A program made the position numbers and the translations under genes. A DNA stretch of 32,000 nt from Candidatus Electronema halotolerans (lineage in GTDB: Bacteria > Desulfobacterota > Desulfobulbia > Desulfobulbales > Desulfobulbaceae): the NCBI GenBank assembly GCA_942493095.1, contig OW818675.1:330001-362000 (forward strand), written 5' to 3'. How positions within the stretch are numbered: position 1 is the first letter of the stretch; the number at the start of each line of letters is the position of its first letter. Below are positions 9,074 to 17,963 of the stretch, piece by piece. The notes beneath the pieces are model-generated. The model had not been told where the DNA came from. It searched no databases and worked only from the letters and a program-made list of their open reading frames with translations.

Positions 9074-10522
9074 ATGGAGTTTAAAGAGCAAGTGTTGATC
9101 ATAGGATACGGCTCTGTCTCGAAATGCACCCTGCCAGTGCTGTTCAAGCATCTGAAAGTTTCGTACAGCAAGGTGACAATCATTGATTTCATAGAAACAG
9201 ATCATTCCTTAAAACACTGGACTGACAAAGGGGTGACATTCTGCCGGGAGGAAATCACGCCGCGCAACATGAGCAGGCTGCTGGAGCAGTATATGTCCAA
9301 AGGCGGGATGATCATTGATCTGTCGTGGAATATCGACACCTTGGAAATGCTGCAATGGTGTCATGACCATGATGTTCTCTATGCCAACACCTCGCTGGAG
9401 GAATGGGACCCCTATGCTGATCTCCGCAAAAGAACGCCTTATGAGAAATCCTTGTACTGCCGTCAGATGGAGCTGCGGGCAGAGATGGCCAAGTGGGGCG
9501 GCAAGTCGGCGACAGCAGTTATTGACCACGGCGCGAATCCCGGCCTGATCTCTCATTTTGTCAAACAAGGGCTTGAGGATATTGCCCTGAAAAGCCTGAA
9601 AGACAAGGAGGTGCCGGAAAAAGAAAAGAAGCCGCTTGAGAAACTGCTTGCTGAGAAAGATTTTGCCCGGCTGGCCATGCAGCTCGGCATCAAGGTCATT
9701 CATTGCAGCGAGCGGGACACCCAGATCACCACCCGACCCAAGGAGGTGGATGAATTTGTCGGCACCTGGAGCATTGAAGGGCTGCGCGAGGAGGCAATCT
9801 CACCCGCAGAAATGGGCTGGGGCACCCATGAGGACGAGCCGTCCCTGCCGGCATCGCGCCCGGAGATCGGGCCTGGCAATCAAATTTTTCTCTCGCAGAT
9901 GGGCATGAACACCTGGGTGCGTTCGTGGATTCCGCATCAGGAGATTGTCGGCATGGTGATCCGGCATGGCGAATCCTTCACCATCTCTGATCATCTCACA
10001 GTCTGGAAGAACAAGCAGTGCCTTTACCGGCCCACAGTGCATTACGCCTACATGCCCTGCCATGAGACCTTGTCCTCGCTCCATGAGCTGCGCTGCCGCA
10101 ATTACAAGCTCCAGCCCAAGCAGCGGATCATGCGGGATGAAATCACCAGCGGCGAGGACATCCTCGGCGCGCTGCTCATGGGCAGTCGATACACATCGTG
10201 GTGGACAGGCAGTGTCCTCAGCATCGAGGAATCGCGGCGGCTGGTGCCGCATCAGAATGCGACCACTCTGCAAGTGGCCATCGGCGTGGTCGCGGCAGTG
10301 CTCTGGATGGTGGAGCACCCGCGCAAGGGATTCTGCGTGCCGGATGATCTGCCCCATGACTACATCCTCCGCATAGCCAAACCCTATCTTGGGCGGCTGC
10401 TCTCCATTCCCTCGGACTGGACTCCGTTCACCAATTACGAGGTCATGTTCCGGGAGAATCCTCAGCAATATCTCAACAAGAAGAACAAATGGAGCTTTGA
10501 GAATTTTCTCTTCAGGAGCTGA
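9074..10522 (+). CDS. hss: Homospermidine synthase (saccharopine dehydrogenase-like)
   Basis: 482 aa; VLIIGYGSVSKCTLPVL, SWNIDTLEMLQWCHDHDVLYANTSLEEWDPY, AVIDHGANPGLISHFVKQGL. Confidence 0.88.
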   Translation: MEFKEQVLIIGYGSVSKCTLPVLFKHLKVSYSKVTIIDFIETDHSLKHWTDKGVTFCREEITPRNMSRLLEQYMSKGGMIIDLSWNIDTLEMLQWCHDHDVLYANTSLEEWDPYADLRKRTPYEKSLYCRQMELRAEMAKWGGKSATAVIDHGANPGLISHFVKQGLEDIALKSLKDKEVPEKEKKPLEKLLAEKDFARLAMQLGIKVIHCSERDTQITTRPKEVDEFVGTWSIEGLREEAISPAEMGWGTHEDEPSLPASRPEIGPGNQIFLSQMGMNTWVRSWIPHQEIVGMVIRHGESFTISDHLTVWKNKQCLYRPTVHYAYMPCHETLSSLHELRCRNYKLQPKQRIMRDEITSGEDILGALLMGSRYTSWWTGSVLSIEESRRLVPHQNATTLQVAIGVVAAVLWMVEHPRKGFCVPDDLPHDYILRIAKPYLGRLLSIPSDWTPFTNYEVMFRENPQQYLNKKNKWSFENFLFRS

Positions 10523-10666
10523 ACAGCCTTGTTGATGCTCCCAAGCGGCATGATTGGGAGCATCGCTTGTTCTTATTTCAAGAGAGGACTCAGGATGCTC
10601 AGATGCTCCGTCTCCTGCCTCCCTTATTTTTTACACTGCGAAAAAGTGATGGATGGTAAGATTCAA

Positions 10667-12079
10667 ATGGCAAGCATCGGCACAATGGACAAACGCATGC
10701 TTCAGTCAATCCGGGAGATTCTTGGCAAAGACGGCCTGCTGACCGCTTACGAGGAGCGGGCCTGCTGCAGCTATGATGCCAGCGGCCAGAGCTTCCTGCC
10801 GGACGCAATCGCCCTGCCGGAACGCACCGAACAGGTGGCGGCCCTGCTTCGGCTGGCCAATGAGCACCGCTTCCCGGTCATTCCTCGCGGCGCAGGCAGC
10901 GGTGTGACTGGCGGCGCGCTGCCAGTGGCAGGCGGGCTGGTGATCAGCTTCAACCGGATGCGGCGCATTCTGGAGATTGATGCCGCCAACATGATTGCCG
11001 TGGTCGAACCTGGCCTGATCACTGGCGAGCTGCAAGCAGCCCTGCGCAGGCACGGCCTGATGTATCCGCCTGATCCGGCCAGCCTCAAGTTCTGCTCCAT
11101 TGGCGGCAATGCGGCGGAGTGCGCAGGTGGCCCCAGCGCGGTCAAATATGGCGTGACCCGCGACTACATCATCGGCTTGGAAGCGGTGCTGGCCACAGGC
11201 GAGATCATCAAGACCGGAGTGCGCACGGAAAAAGGCGTGGTCGGCTATGACCTGACTCGCCTGCTGATCGGCTCGGAAGGGACCCTTGCCCTGTTCACCA
11301 AGCTGATTCTCCGCCTTCTGCCGCTGCCGGAAGCCAAGCGCACCTTTCTCCTCAGCTTCCGCTCGATAGCTGAGGCGACCGCCTTGGTGGCGGAAATTTT
11401 AGCCGTCGGATTGCTGCCCTGCACTCTTGAATACATGGATCGGACGGCAATTGCCGCAGTGCGCAGCCGTCTGAGCAGTCCGCCGTCAGAGAATGTTGCC
11501 GCCCTGCTCTTAGTTGAATTTGACGGCACAAAAGAGGAGGTGGAGCGGCAGGGGGAACGCTTTGCCGCCTTTGTCCAAGCCAAGGGTAGCTGTGTGCTCC
11601 GGCAGGCAGCGGCTGCGCAGGAGACAGAGGAACTCTGGCAGGCCCGTCGTTCGATCTCGCCTGCAGTAATGGCCCTGCGTCCGCACAAGATTTCCGAAGA
11701 TGTGGTGGTGCCCCGCGCCAAAATACCCAAGCTGGTCGCCTTCTTAGAAGGGCTGGCAGCGGAGCTGAACCTGCTCATCCTCAGCTTTGGTCATGCAGGC
11801 GATGGCAACATTCACGTCAACATCATGCTCGACAAGAGCAAAGCTGAGGAACTTGAGCGCGGCTTGCTGGCCAAGGAGCGGCTCTTCCGCTTTGTCCTCA
11901 GCCTTGGCGGCACCCTGTCCGGCGAACACGGCATCGGCATCACCAAGGCCGCCTTTCTGCCGCTGGAGATCGACCCGCCGACCCTGCACCTGATGCGGCG
12001 GCTGAAGCAGCTCTTTGATCCCAACAACATCCTTAATCCGGGCAAGATATTCCCAGCAAGCATGCCATCTCATGGCTGA
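10667..12079 (+). CDS. glcD: FAD-linked oxidase, glycolate/lactate oxidase GlcD family
   Basis: LPERTEQVAALLRLANEHRFPVIPRGAGSGVTGGALPVAGG, IGGNAAECAGGPSAVKYGVTRDYIIGLEAVLATGEII, GTLSGEHGIGITKA. The ORF extends upstream to 10529; start chosen at MASIGTMDKRM and uncertain (10667 or 10685). Confidence 0.88.
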   Translation: MASIGTMDKRMLQSIREILGKDGLLTAYEERACCSYDASGQSFLPDAIALPERTEQVAALLRLANEHRFPVIPRGAGSGVTGGALPVAGGLVISFNRMRRILEIDAANMIAVVEPGLITGELQAALRRHGLMYPPDPASLKFCSIGGNAAECAGGPSAVKYGVTRDYIIGLEAVLATGEIIKTGVRTEKGVVGYDLTRLLIGSEGTLALFTKLILRLLPLPEAKRTFLLSFRSIAEATALVAEILAVGLLPCTLEYMDRTAIAAVRSRLSSPPSENVAALLLVEFDGTKEEVERQGERFAAFVQAKGSCVLRQAAAAQETEELWQARRSISPAVMALRPHKISEDVVVPRAKIPKLVAFLEGLAAELNLLILSFGHAGDGNIHVNIMLDKSKAEELERGLLAKERLFRFVLSLGGTLSGEHGIGITKAAFLPLEIDPPTLHLMRRLKQLFDPNNILNPGKIFPASMPSHG

Positions 12080-12106
12080 ACGTGCCGATTGTCTGTACAA
12101 AGGTGC

Positions 12107-12469
12107 TTATACGGCCAGCCGCTGCCGTATTCTGTTCCGCTCATCGCAGAGCAGAATGGCTGGGGCAAAATCAGTCAGTTCGCTCTCGTCATACTGAGCA
12201 TAGCTGACAATGATAATCAGATCACCGACATGCCCTTTGCGGGCCGCTGCCCCGTTCAGGCCGATCACGCCGGAGCCAGCCTCGCCTTGAATGGCATAGG
12301 TTTCAAACCGCTCGCCATTGTTGATGTTATAGACATGAACCAGCTCAAAGGGGATGATTCCGGCGGCCTGCATCAACTCTTTGTCAATGGTCAGGCTGCC
12401 GTCGTAATGCAGATCCGCCTGCGTGATTGTCACCCGGTGGATCTTGGATTTAAGCATTGTGCGCTGCAT
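12107..12469 (-). CDS. panD: Aspartate 1-decarboxylase
   Basis: [92 protein letters not shown]; the YDGS self-cleavage site is present. Confidence 0.95.
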   Translation of the reverse strand: MQRTMLKSKIHRVTITQADLHYDGSLTIDKELMQAAGIIPFELVHVYNINNGERFETYAIQGEAGSGVIGLNGAAARKGHVGDLIIIVSYAQYDESELTDFAPAILLCDERNRIRQRLAV

Positions 12470-12498
12470 GAAAATAGCGTGGTGAGATTGCTTGCAAT

Positions 12499-12702
12499 TT
12501 ATTTGATGAAAAAAGGAACGGCAATCAAGATGAATCCGACCAGCAGCATCAGCAAGGTGTTGGCGATGAAATACGGAAACACGCACAAGAGGATTCCTGC
12601 GAAGAGCGGAACAGATGCCTGCTGTTTCTTGCCGTAGATAAAATAACCAGAGCCAACTGCGCCAAAGATCACTCCCCAGAAAAGCTGCGCCGGTGTGCCC
12701 AT
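12499..12702 (-). CDS. Small hypothetical membrane protein
   Basis: [67 protein letters not shown]; two hydrophobic segments. Confidence 0.6.
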   Translation of the reverse strand: MGTPAQLFWGVIFGAVGSGYFIYGKKQQASVPLFAGILLCVFPYFIANTLLMLLVGFILIAVPFFIK

Positions 12703-12721
12703 TTTCGTTTTCCTTTTTTTG

Positions 12722-13072
12722 TTATGGAGAATAATGCACGGCCAGCCATAAGGTCTGGCCGTCCGGTGCTGTCCAAGAAACTTTGTGTTTGGCATGAGCG
12801 GGAATGTGGAGATAATCTCCTTTTTGCAAGGTCACTTCCCGGCCATCAGCAAAAAGAATGCTTCCTGCTCCTTCAAGAACCAGCACCCATTCATTGTCCT
12901 CCTGATCATACCAGCCTGTTTCCGGTGAAGCATGGCCTTGAGAAACAATGCGCTCAATGCGGACATTCCTGTCATGCAGCAGCTCGTCAAAGGCTTCCGT
13001 CTGCAAATCAACAGGCAGCAATGCAAAAATATTGCCAGTCATTGTTTTGAAACAATCCTGTCCATCCATCAT
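12722..13072 (-). CDS. Cupin domain protein
   Basis: GWYDQEDNEWVLVLEGAGSILFADGREVTLQKGDYLHIPAHAKHKVSWT. Start may be internal (M at 13042). Confidence 0.85.
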   Translation of the reverse strand: MMDGQDCFKTMTGNIFALLPVDLQTEAFDELLHDRNVRIERIVSQGHASPETGWYDQEDNEWVLVLEGAGSILFADGREVTLQKGDYLHIPAHAKHKVSWTAPDGQTLWLAVHYSP

Positions 13073-13334
13073 AACGAAGAATCAGAGTCGCCCCTCAGTG
13101 CTGGCCGACATGCCCCTGCTGACGCTATGTCGCCGGGAATGCCTTTCATGCCATTTTTAACATATTCAACAGGGAATGGGTAGATAATTACGTTGCGCTC
13201 ACGCTGACCCCGGCATCGTGCAGCTCCGTATTCATCTGAAGTTGCAATCGTCTTTCCGCCGCATTGCCTCAATATCTTCTACGGGCAGGCCGGTAACTTG
13301 GGCGATGGTCGCTGTGTCAAGCTGGCCGACTTTC

Positions 13335-13445
13335 TGCCGGGCATTCAGGTCTTGGCGCAGTTCTCGACCGATGCCAGAAGCAGCCGTGGACAAAAATGGC
13401 GGTCTTGTCTTTGGGCAGGACGATGTCCGGGAGCGGATGACCAGT
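13335..13445 (-). pseudogene. Relic of a Vsr (very-short-patch-repair) endonuclease gene
   Basis: Reverse-strand frame reads GTGHPLPDIVLPKDKTAIFVHGCFWHRS; the PDIVxPKxKTAIFVHGCFWHRH-type block is characteristic of Vsr. Confidence 0.65.
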
Positions 13446-13471
13446 TCCGGCGGCAGTGTGCCGGTCATGTG

Positions 13472-14002
13472 TCAGGGCTGCTGTTTGACGTAAATCAGCT
13501 TGCTGGTGTCAAAACCAAGCTGCTGCGCTTGCTCGGTGAAACGCGCCAGCAGTTCTGGCTCCACGGTTGGTGTGCGAGAGAGCAGCCAGAGATAAGAATG
13601 ATCCGGGCCTGAGACAAAGGCGTATTGGTACTTCTCCTTGTCCAGCTCGAAGATCACGTAGGAGCCGTAGAACGGGCCAAAAAAGGAGACCTTTAGATAG
13701 CCGGTGCTTGGCTCTTCGACAAAAAAGGCTTTGCCTTCCGCCTCCTTCCATTCTTGCTTGGCCGTGAGGAAACCGCGATTTCTGACTGCAACGCCGCCGT
13801 CCTCGCGCAGGGAGTATTCAGCAGTGACCCGCTCCATGCCGCGCTCAAAGGAGTGATCCAGCCGAGCGATTTCATACCATTTGCCGAGATAGCGGTTCAA
13901 CTCAAAGCCGGTCACTGGCTTGACATTCTTTGGCATTCCGAGACAGCCGCCGAGTGTCAGAGCGGAAAGCAGAGCGAGGATTTTTTTCATGGTTTTCATC
14001 AT
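13472..14002 (-). CDS. blc: Bacterial lipocalin (Blc-like lipoprotein)
   Basis: MMKTMKKILALLSALTLGGCLG lipobox; VTGFELNRYLGKWYEIARLDHSFERGMERVTAEYSL, SYLWLLSRTPTVE. Confidence 0.92.
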   Translation of the reverse strand: MMKTMKKILALLSALTLGGCLGMPKNVKPVTGFELNRYLGKWYEIARLDHSFERGMERVTAEYSLREDGGVAVRNRGFLTAKQEWKEAEGKAFFVEEPSTGYLKVSFFGPFYGSYVIFELDKEKYQYAFVSGPDHSYLWLLSRTPTVEPELLARFTEQAQQLGFDTSKLIYVKQQP

Positions 14003-14287
14003 GGTGTGCTGGGGCAAAGGAATCAATCCTGCGCCCCTTTTTTGGTGGGGACAAACCAGCCGAAATAGCTGCGGCCTTCGACAAGGCCGAGCACTTTCTG
14101 GGCAGGGAGAAGATGCTGAACATCGCCGCATCCGGAGCAGGGCCGGATGTGATGCAGCGCACAGATTCGTCAACGGGCGAAGAATGAGGAATCAAGGGAG
14201 GGGTTGGGGAATGTGCAGTGGCGTGGAAAGCCGGTTGGGTTGAGCTGAAAAGCATCATCAGCTCAACCGCCTTGGAAGGATTAGCTG

Positions 14288-14953
14288 TTATGCTCCTTTC
14301 GTCGCAACCTTTTCCGCCTCACGGGCAGCAAGATATTCCTTAGCTTTTGCCAGTTCCGCTTCCAGATCAGTGGTGTCATCGCCTTTCAGCTTGCCGTTGA
14401 AAATCTCACCTTCTACTTCCATAACCCACAGACGGGCATAGTACAGTGTTGTCTCGACCAGATGGGCCATGACAATTATGCCAGTCAGCAAAGGATGGTT
14501 GTTGGTGACATTGGCTCCTAATGTCCGTCCATGTTCCAGTTCAACTTTCAGGCCAAACTGGTATTCCCAAATATAGCCAAGCCCACCCTTGTCTTTTGGC
14601 AGAAAGTCATTCAGCACCGTCTTGTCGAATGACTTCAGCTTGCCATTTTCATCACTAATATCAGGTGTGAATGTGCCATTGTCAATTTCAGCCTTCAGCA
14701 GATTCAGGATTGTTTCAGCTTCATCCTTGGGAACAACACTCGGAGCATCCCCTTCATTGGCAATCTCTTTATCAAGCAGATTTCCCCACAATCTTTTTTC
14801 CTTGAAGCCAATAGCCCTGCAAAAGTCATTGACATCCGCTCTGCTCATGAAGTCTGTGCTGACATGATCACCTCTGTCTATGGCTTTCAGAGTTTCTACA
14901 ACATGCTTAACGGCACCTTTTATGCATGCCTTCGCAGTCTTTGTTGAACCCAT
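14288..14953 (-). CDS. Hypothetical protein, resembles DUF5661 family
   Basis: Start at MGSTKTAKACIKG with an aaggaggtgtgga RBS; C-terminal LEHGRTLGANVTNNHPLLTGIIVMAHLVETTLYYARLWVME pattern. Confidence 0.7.
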   Translation of the reverse strand: MGSTKTAKACIKGAVKHVVETLKAIDRGDHVSTDFMSRADVNDFCRAIGFKEKRLWGNLLDKEIANEGDAPSVVPKDEAETILNLLKAEIDNGTFTPDISDENGKLKSFDKTVLNDFLPKDKGGLGYIWEYQFGLKVELEHGRTLGANVTNNHPLLTGIIVMAHLVETTLYYARLWVMEVEGEIFNGKLKGDDTTDLEAELAKAKEYLAAREAEKVATKGA

Positions 14954-15165
14954 TTCCACACCTCCTTGTTTGTTTTTTTGATTGTGTAAAATTGTCTTTA
15001 TCGCTTTGTCAAAGCATCGCAAGACAATATCAAGGCACTGTTTCATTCTGGTTTGTAGTCTTTCATCAGTCAGTCTGAATATCCTTCTTTAAGGGTATAT
15101 GCTGGTACGGCAGAATGCAAGGATAAAGTAACTTGTGCATGAAGTTCGGCGGAATTGGTCAGCAG

Positions 15166-15173
15166 CGTGGATG
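15166..15173. repeat. Left copy of 8-bp target-site duplication CGTGGATG
   Basis: Exact copy at 16062-16069. Confidence 0.9.
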
Positions 15174-16061
15174 GGTAATGGTGAATCGTGAGTGATGGGT
15201 TGAAAATATGTTGAAATTGATGGAAAATATAATATACTGGCGGCAAGGGATGCTCTCTGTCCCATCGGCTCTTCGTCGGATGCGCATGTCAAGCCGTCAT
15301 TATGAAAAAAACAAACATGGAGAAGAAAGCTGTGCAATGCCCAAGATGTGGTTCATCAGTCATTGTGAAAAATGGCTCCAATGCGAATGGGAAAAAGAAA
15401 TTTTTATGTAAGGACTGCTCACGTCAATTCGTTGAGAATCCTCAGAACAAAACAATATCTGATGCTGAATGGCGCATAGTTGATAAGCTTCTTGTTGAAA
15501 GAATCTCATTGGCTGGGATTGCGAGAGCCGTTTCCATCTCAAAAAGATGGCTTCAGGAATATGTTAAAAAAAAACGAAATGAAGTCAAAAAAGAGGCTTT
15601 CAATATGTCCCGCAACGGAAAAATCTTCATCGAAGCCGATGAAATGTGGACTTTCGTTGGTGACAAGGAAAATGATATTTGGATATGGCTTGCTATCGAG
15701 AGAAGAACAAAGCTTATTGTCGGGTATCATGTTGGAAAAAGAGATAATGCAGGAGCAGCCGCCTTGTGGGACTCCCTTTCTGAAGATTGCAAAAAGAACG
15801 GAATATTTTTTACGGATGGACTCGCCGCTTATTCGAGCGTGTTTCCAGCTGAAAGGCATAGAATTGTCAGCAAAGGAAGCGGAAAAACAAGTCATATCGA
15901 AAGGCTCAATTTGACATTCAGACAAAGATTGTCTGCACTTGTCAGAAAGACCATTTCATTTTCGAGAAGCATCGAAAATTTAACTGCATCTGTCTGGAGG
16001 TTCATTCAAGATTATAATAATAATCTTTTGTTTAATTGATCACTCACAGTTCACCATCACC
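15174..16061 (+). mobile_element. Complete IS1-family insertion sequence (888 bp)
   Basis: Imperfect terminal inverted repeats GGTAATGGTGAATCGTGAGTGAT (left) and GGTGATGGTGAACTGTGAGTGAT (rc of right); 8-bp TSD; internal single-ORF IS1-like transposase. Confidence 0.92.
15302..16039 (+). CDS. IS1-family transposase, single ORF (Zn-finger + DDE)
   Basis: 245 aa; VQCPRCGSSVIVKNGSNANGKKKFLCKDCSRQF (Zn ribbon), EADEMWTFVGDKENDIWIWLAIERRTKLIVGY, FTDGLAAYSSV, GKTSHIERLNLTFRQRLSALVRKTISFSRS. Confidence 0.93.
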   Translation: MKKTNMEKKAVQCPRCGSSVIVKNGSNANGKKKFLCKDCSRQFVENPQNKTISDAEWRIVDKLLVERISLAGIARAVSISKRWLQEYVKKKRNEVKKEAFNMSRNGKIFIEADEMWTFVGDKENDIWIWLAIERRTKLIVGYHVGKRDNAGAAALWDSLSEDCKKNGIFFTDGLAAYSSVFPAERHRIVSKGSGKTSHIERLNLTFRQRLSALVRKTISFSRSIENLTASVWRFIQDYNNNLLFN

Positions 16062-16069
16062 CGTGGATG
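16062..16069. repeat. Right copy of 8-bp target-site duplication CGTGGATG
   Basis: Exact copy of 15166-15173. Confidence 0.9.
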
Positions 16070-16214
16070 TGGCCGTTCCGCTCAAGGAGCTGATTGACGT
16101 GGAGGCCGAACTTGATAAGCTGCCCCGCCAGTGACAGAGCAGTATCTCAGCGGGTGCGGGGCTTGGTATGTTTGGCTCATTGTTGCTGCTCATGATTTCA
16201 TTTTCGAGTTACTC

Positions 16215-17057
16215 TCACCCTCCCATCTCTCCCAGCATCTCCTCCAGCAGATCATCCAACCATCTGCCGCCCTCTTCGCAATAACCCCGCAGCTTCTTCT
16301 CAATTTCCGCCTTTATCCCGGCCAAATCAGATTCCTGCCGATGCAGCTCAAGCAGTTTGTTGAGCACCTCCTCCGCCACTTCTTCCAGTGAACTGTCCAT
16401 GCCCCAATCGCCCGAAGCGTGCAGCAGCCGGTCAGCAATCCGCCAGAAAACCCGGATACTGACCGCAGGCGGAGCAGCTTCCGCCTGCTTTATGAACTGC
16501 TCAATCTGCCGGATATGATCCGCTGTGCAGCAATCTTCCTGCGTCGCAGCCCATAGCATTTCGTCAACTAAACGCAGAAAAAGCTGAATGGTCGGCTCTG
16601 CTTCTGGGAAGAAACGGAGCAGCAGGGCCAGCCTGACCTGCGGCTGCTGCCGGACAAGCTGCGTGATCAGCTCTGCCAGCTCCGGCTGAGAGAGCTGCTG
16701 CAACCGTTCTTCAAGCTGGGCCTTGCTCTGTTGCGCTGCTTTGCTGCTGGCAAGCAGCTCTTTCCGCTTGTCAATGAAGAACAGCAGCACAGCCACAACA
16801 TGCTTGCAGGGATAGCCGTCATAAGGACAGTCGCAATCGGCATTGAGCTTAGAGCGGCCTGCTGAAGCAATTTCCACGGTGTAATTGCCGTAATTGCCAA
16901 AGACATTGGCCTCCAGCCGTCCGCTTTCCGCATCAAAAACCGCGTCATAGACTTGGCCGCTCTGGTAGTAGTCAAGGCCGCGCTTGTAAATGGTCTCTCC
17001 GGCAAATTTCTCCACTGCGGCGGCAGTGAGGCTGCTGTTCAATTTCAGCATGATCAA
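16215..17057 (-). CDS. SWIM zinc-finger domain protein
   Basis: 280 aa; LNADCDCPYDGYPCKHVVAVLLFFID (CxCxnCxH SWIM motif). Confidence 0.88.
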   Translation of the reverse strand: MIMLKLNSSLTAAAVEKFAGETIYKRGLDYYQSGQVYDAVFDAESGRLEANVFGNYGNYTVEIASAGRSKLNADCDCPYDGYPCKHVVAVLLFFIDKRKELLASSKAAQQSKAQLEERLQQLSQPELAELITQLVRQQPQVRLALLLRFFPEAEPTIQLFLRLVDEMLWAATQEDCCTADHIRQIEQFIKQAEAAPPAVSIRVFWRIADRLLHASGDWGMDSSLEEVAEEVLNKLLELHRQESDLAGIKAEIEKKLRGYCEEGGRWLDDLLEEMLGEMGG

Positions 17058-17740
17058 GCCATCCGCTCTGCTGACCAGTCGTTCTGCTCAAACTCGGCAT
17101 GATCCGGCTTAGGCGGCTTAACCTCGCTCATGCGAAGCTGAATCCAGCGCAGTGCCTTGTCCATTTCCTCGGCAAATTCCTGCATGGCCTTGCCCCTGTG
17201 GCTGACCTTGCTCTTCTCCTCCATGCTCACTTCAGCAAAGGTTTTGCCAAAGTCCTCATAATAGAAAACCGGATCATAGCCAAAGCCGGAGCTGCCGCGC
17301 CGTTCCTCAGTAATTTTGCCCTCGCAGCGGCCTTCCCAGGTCAAGGCCGGGCCGTGCGGCACTGCCAGCGAGAGGACGCACTCAAAGCGGGCTGTGCGGT
17401 CGGTCTTGCCATTCATTTCGCGCAGCAGCTTTTCGCAGTTGTCCCAGTCTGTCGCCTTTTCACCGCTGTAGCGGGCTGAATAAACACCGGGAGCGCCGTT
17501 CAGCGCATCTACTGACAAACCGGAATCATCAGCCAGCGCAGGCAGGCCGAGAATCTTGGCATAATGCAGAGCCTTTTTATAGGCATTCTCGTCAAATGTC
17601 GCGCCGTCCTCGACCGCCTCTGGCAGCGGACCGAAATCCTTCAGGCATCTGATCTCCACTGGCGCATCTTTGATCATCTCGCGCAATTCCTTGACTTTGT
17701 TCTGATTGCTGGTGGCCAGCACAATAATATTATGGGTCAT
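17054..17740 (-). CDS. rdgB: XTP/dITP diphosphatase (RdgB/HAM1)
   Basis: MTHNIIVLATSNQNKVKELREMI, TFDENAYKKALHYAKILGLPALADDSGLSVDALNGAPGVYSARYSG, GSSGFGYDPVFYYEDFGKTFAEVSMEEKSKVSHRGKA. Confidence 0.95.
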   Translation of the reverse strand: MTHNIIVLATSNQNKVKELREMIKDAPVEIRCLKDFGPLPEAVEDGATFDENAYKKALHYAKILGLPALADDSGLSVDALNGAPGVYSARYSGEKATDWDNCEKLLREMNGKTDRTARFECVLSLAVPHGPALTWEGRCEGKITEERRGSSGFGYDPVFYYEDFGKTFAEVSMEEKSKVSHRGKAMQEFAEEMDKALRWIQLRMSEVKPPKPDHAEFEQNDWSAERMA

Positions 17741-17905
17741 AACCAACTCCTTGTCGTGATTTGCAGGAAACAGTGATGCAGCGGTCAGTCCGCTGAACTT
17801 ATGAGAAAAGACTGCATCATACCTGATGCGCAGGAATTTTGCACTCAGTTCAGAAGAAAAATCAGGCGTGGATTGAAGTTGCAGCGGAAGCAAAGGCAAA
17901 AAAAA

Positions 17906-17934
17906 CAGCCGTCCTTCTTGCGGAAAGACGGCTG
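17906..17934 (-). terminator. Rho-independent terminator 3' of the CAP-domain gene
   Basis: CAGCCGTC-cttcttgcggaaa-GACGGCTG with a plus-strand A-tract (minus-strand U-tract) adjacent. Confidence 0.85.
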
Positions 17935-17963
17935 TGCTGATGAAAAGAGAACTGATCTATGGT

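Larger units (their letters stand above)
15102..16133 (+). pseudogene. Short 3' relic of a valyl-tRNA synthetase-like gene, interrupted by the IS1 element
   Basis: Without the IS and one target copy the flanks read ...SSAELVSSVDVAVPLKELIDVEAELDKLPRQ*, like the ValS C-terminal arm; LVRQNARIK in an adjacent frame and an in-frame TGA upstream. Confidence 0.45.

Noticed and set aside
9800-10468. 222-aa minus-strand ORF
   Set aside because: Antisense to homospermidine synthase; no family signature.
13920-14243. Overlapping ORFs on both strands upstream of the lipocalin
   Set aside because: Mutually overlapping, no RBS or domain signal; more likely leader/spacer sequence of the lipocalin gene.
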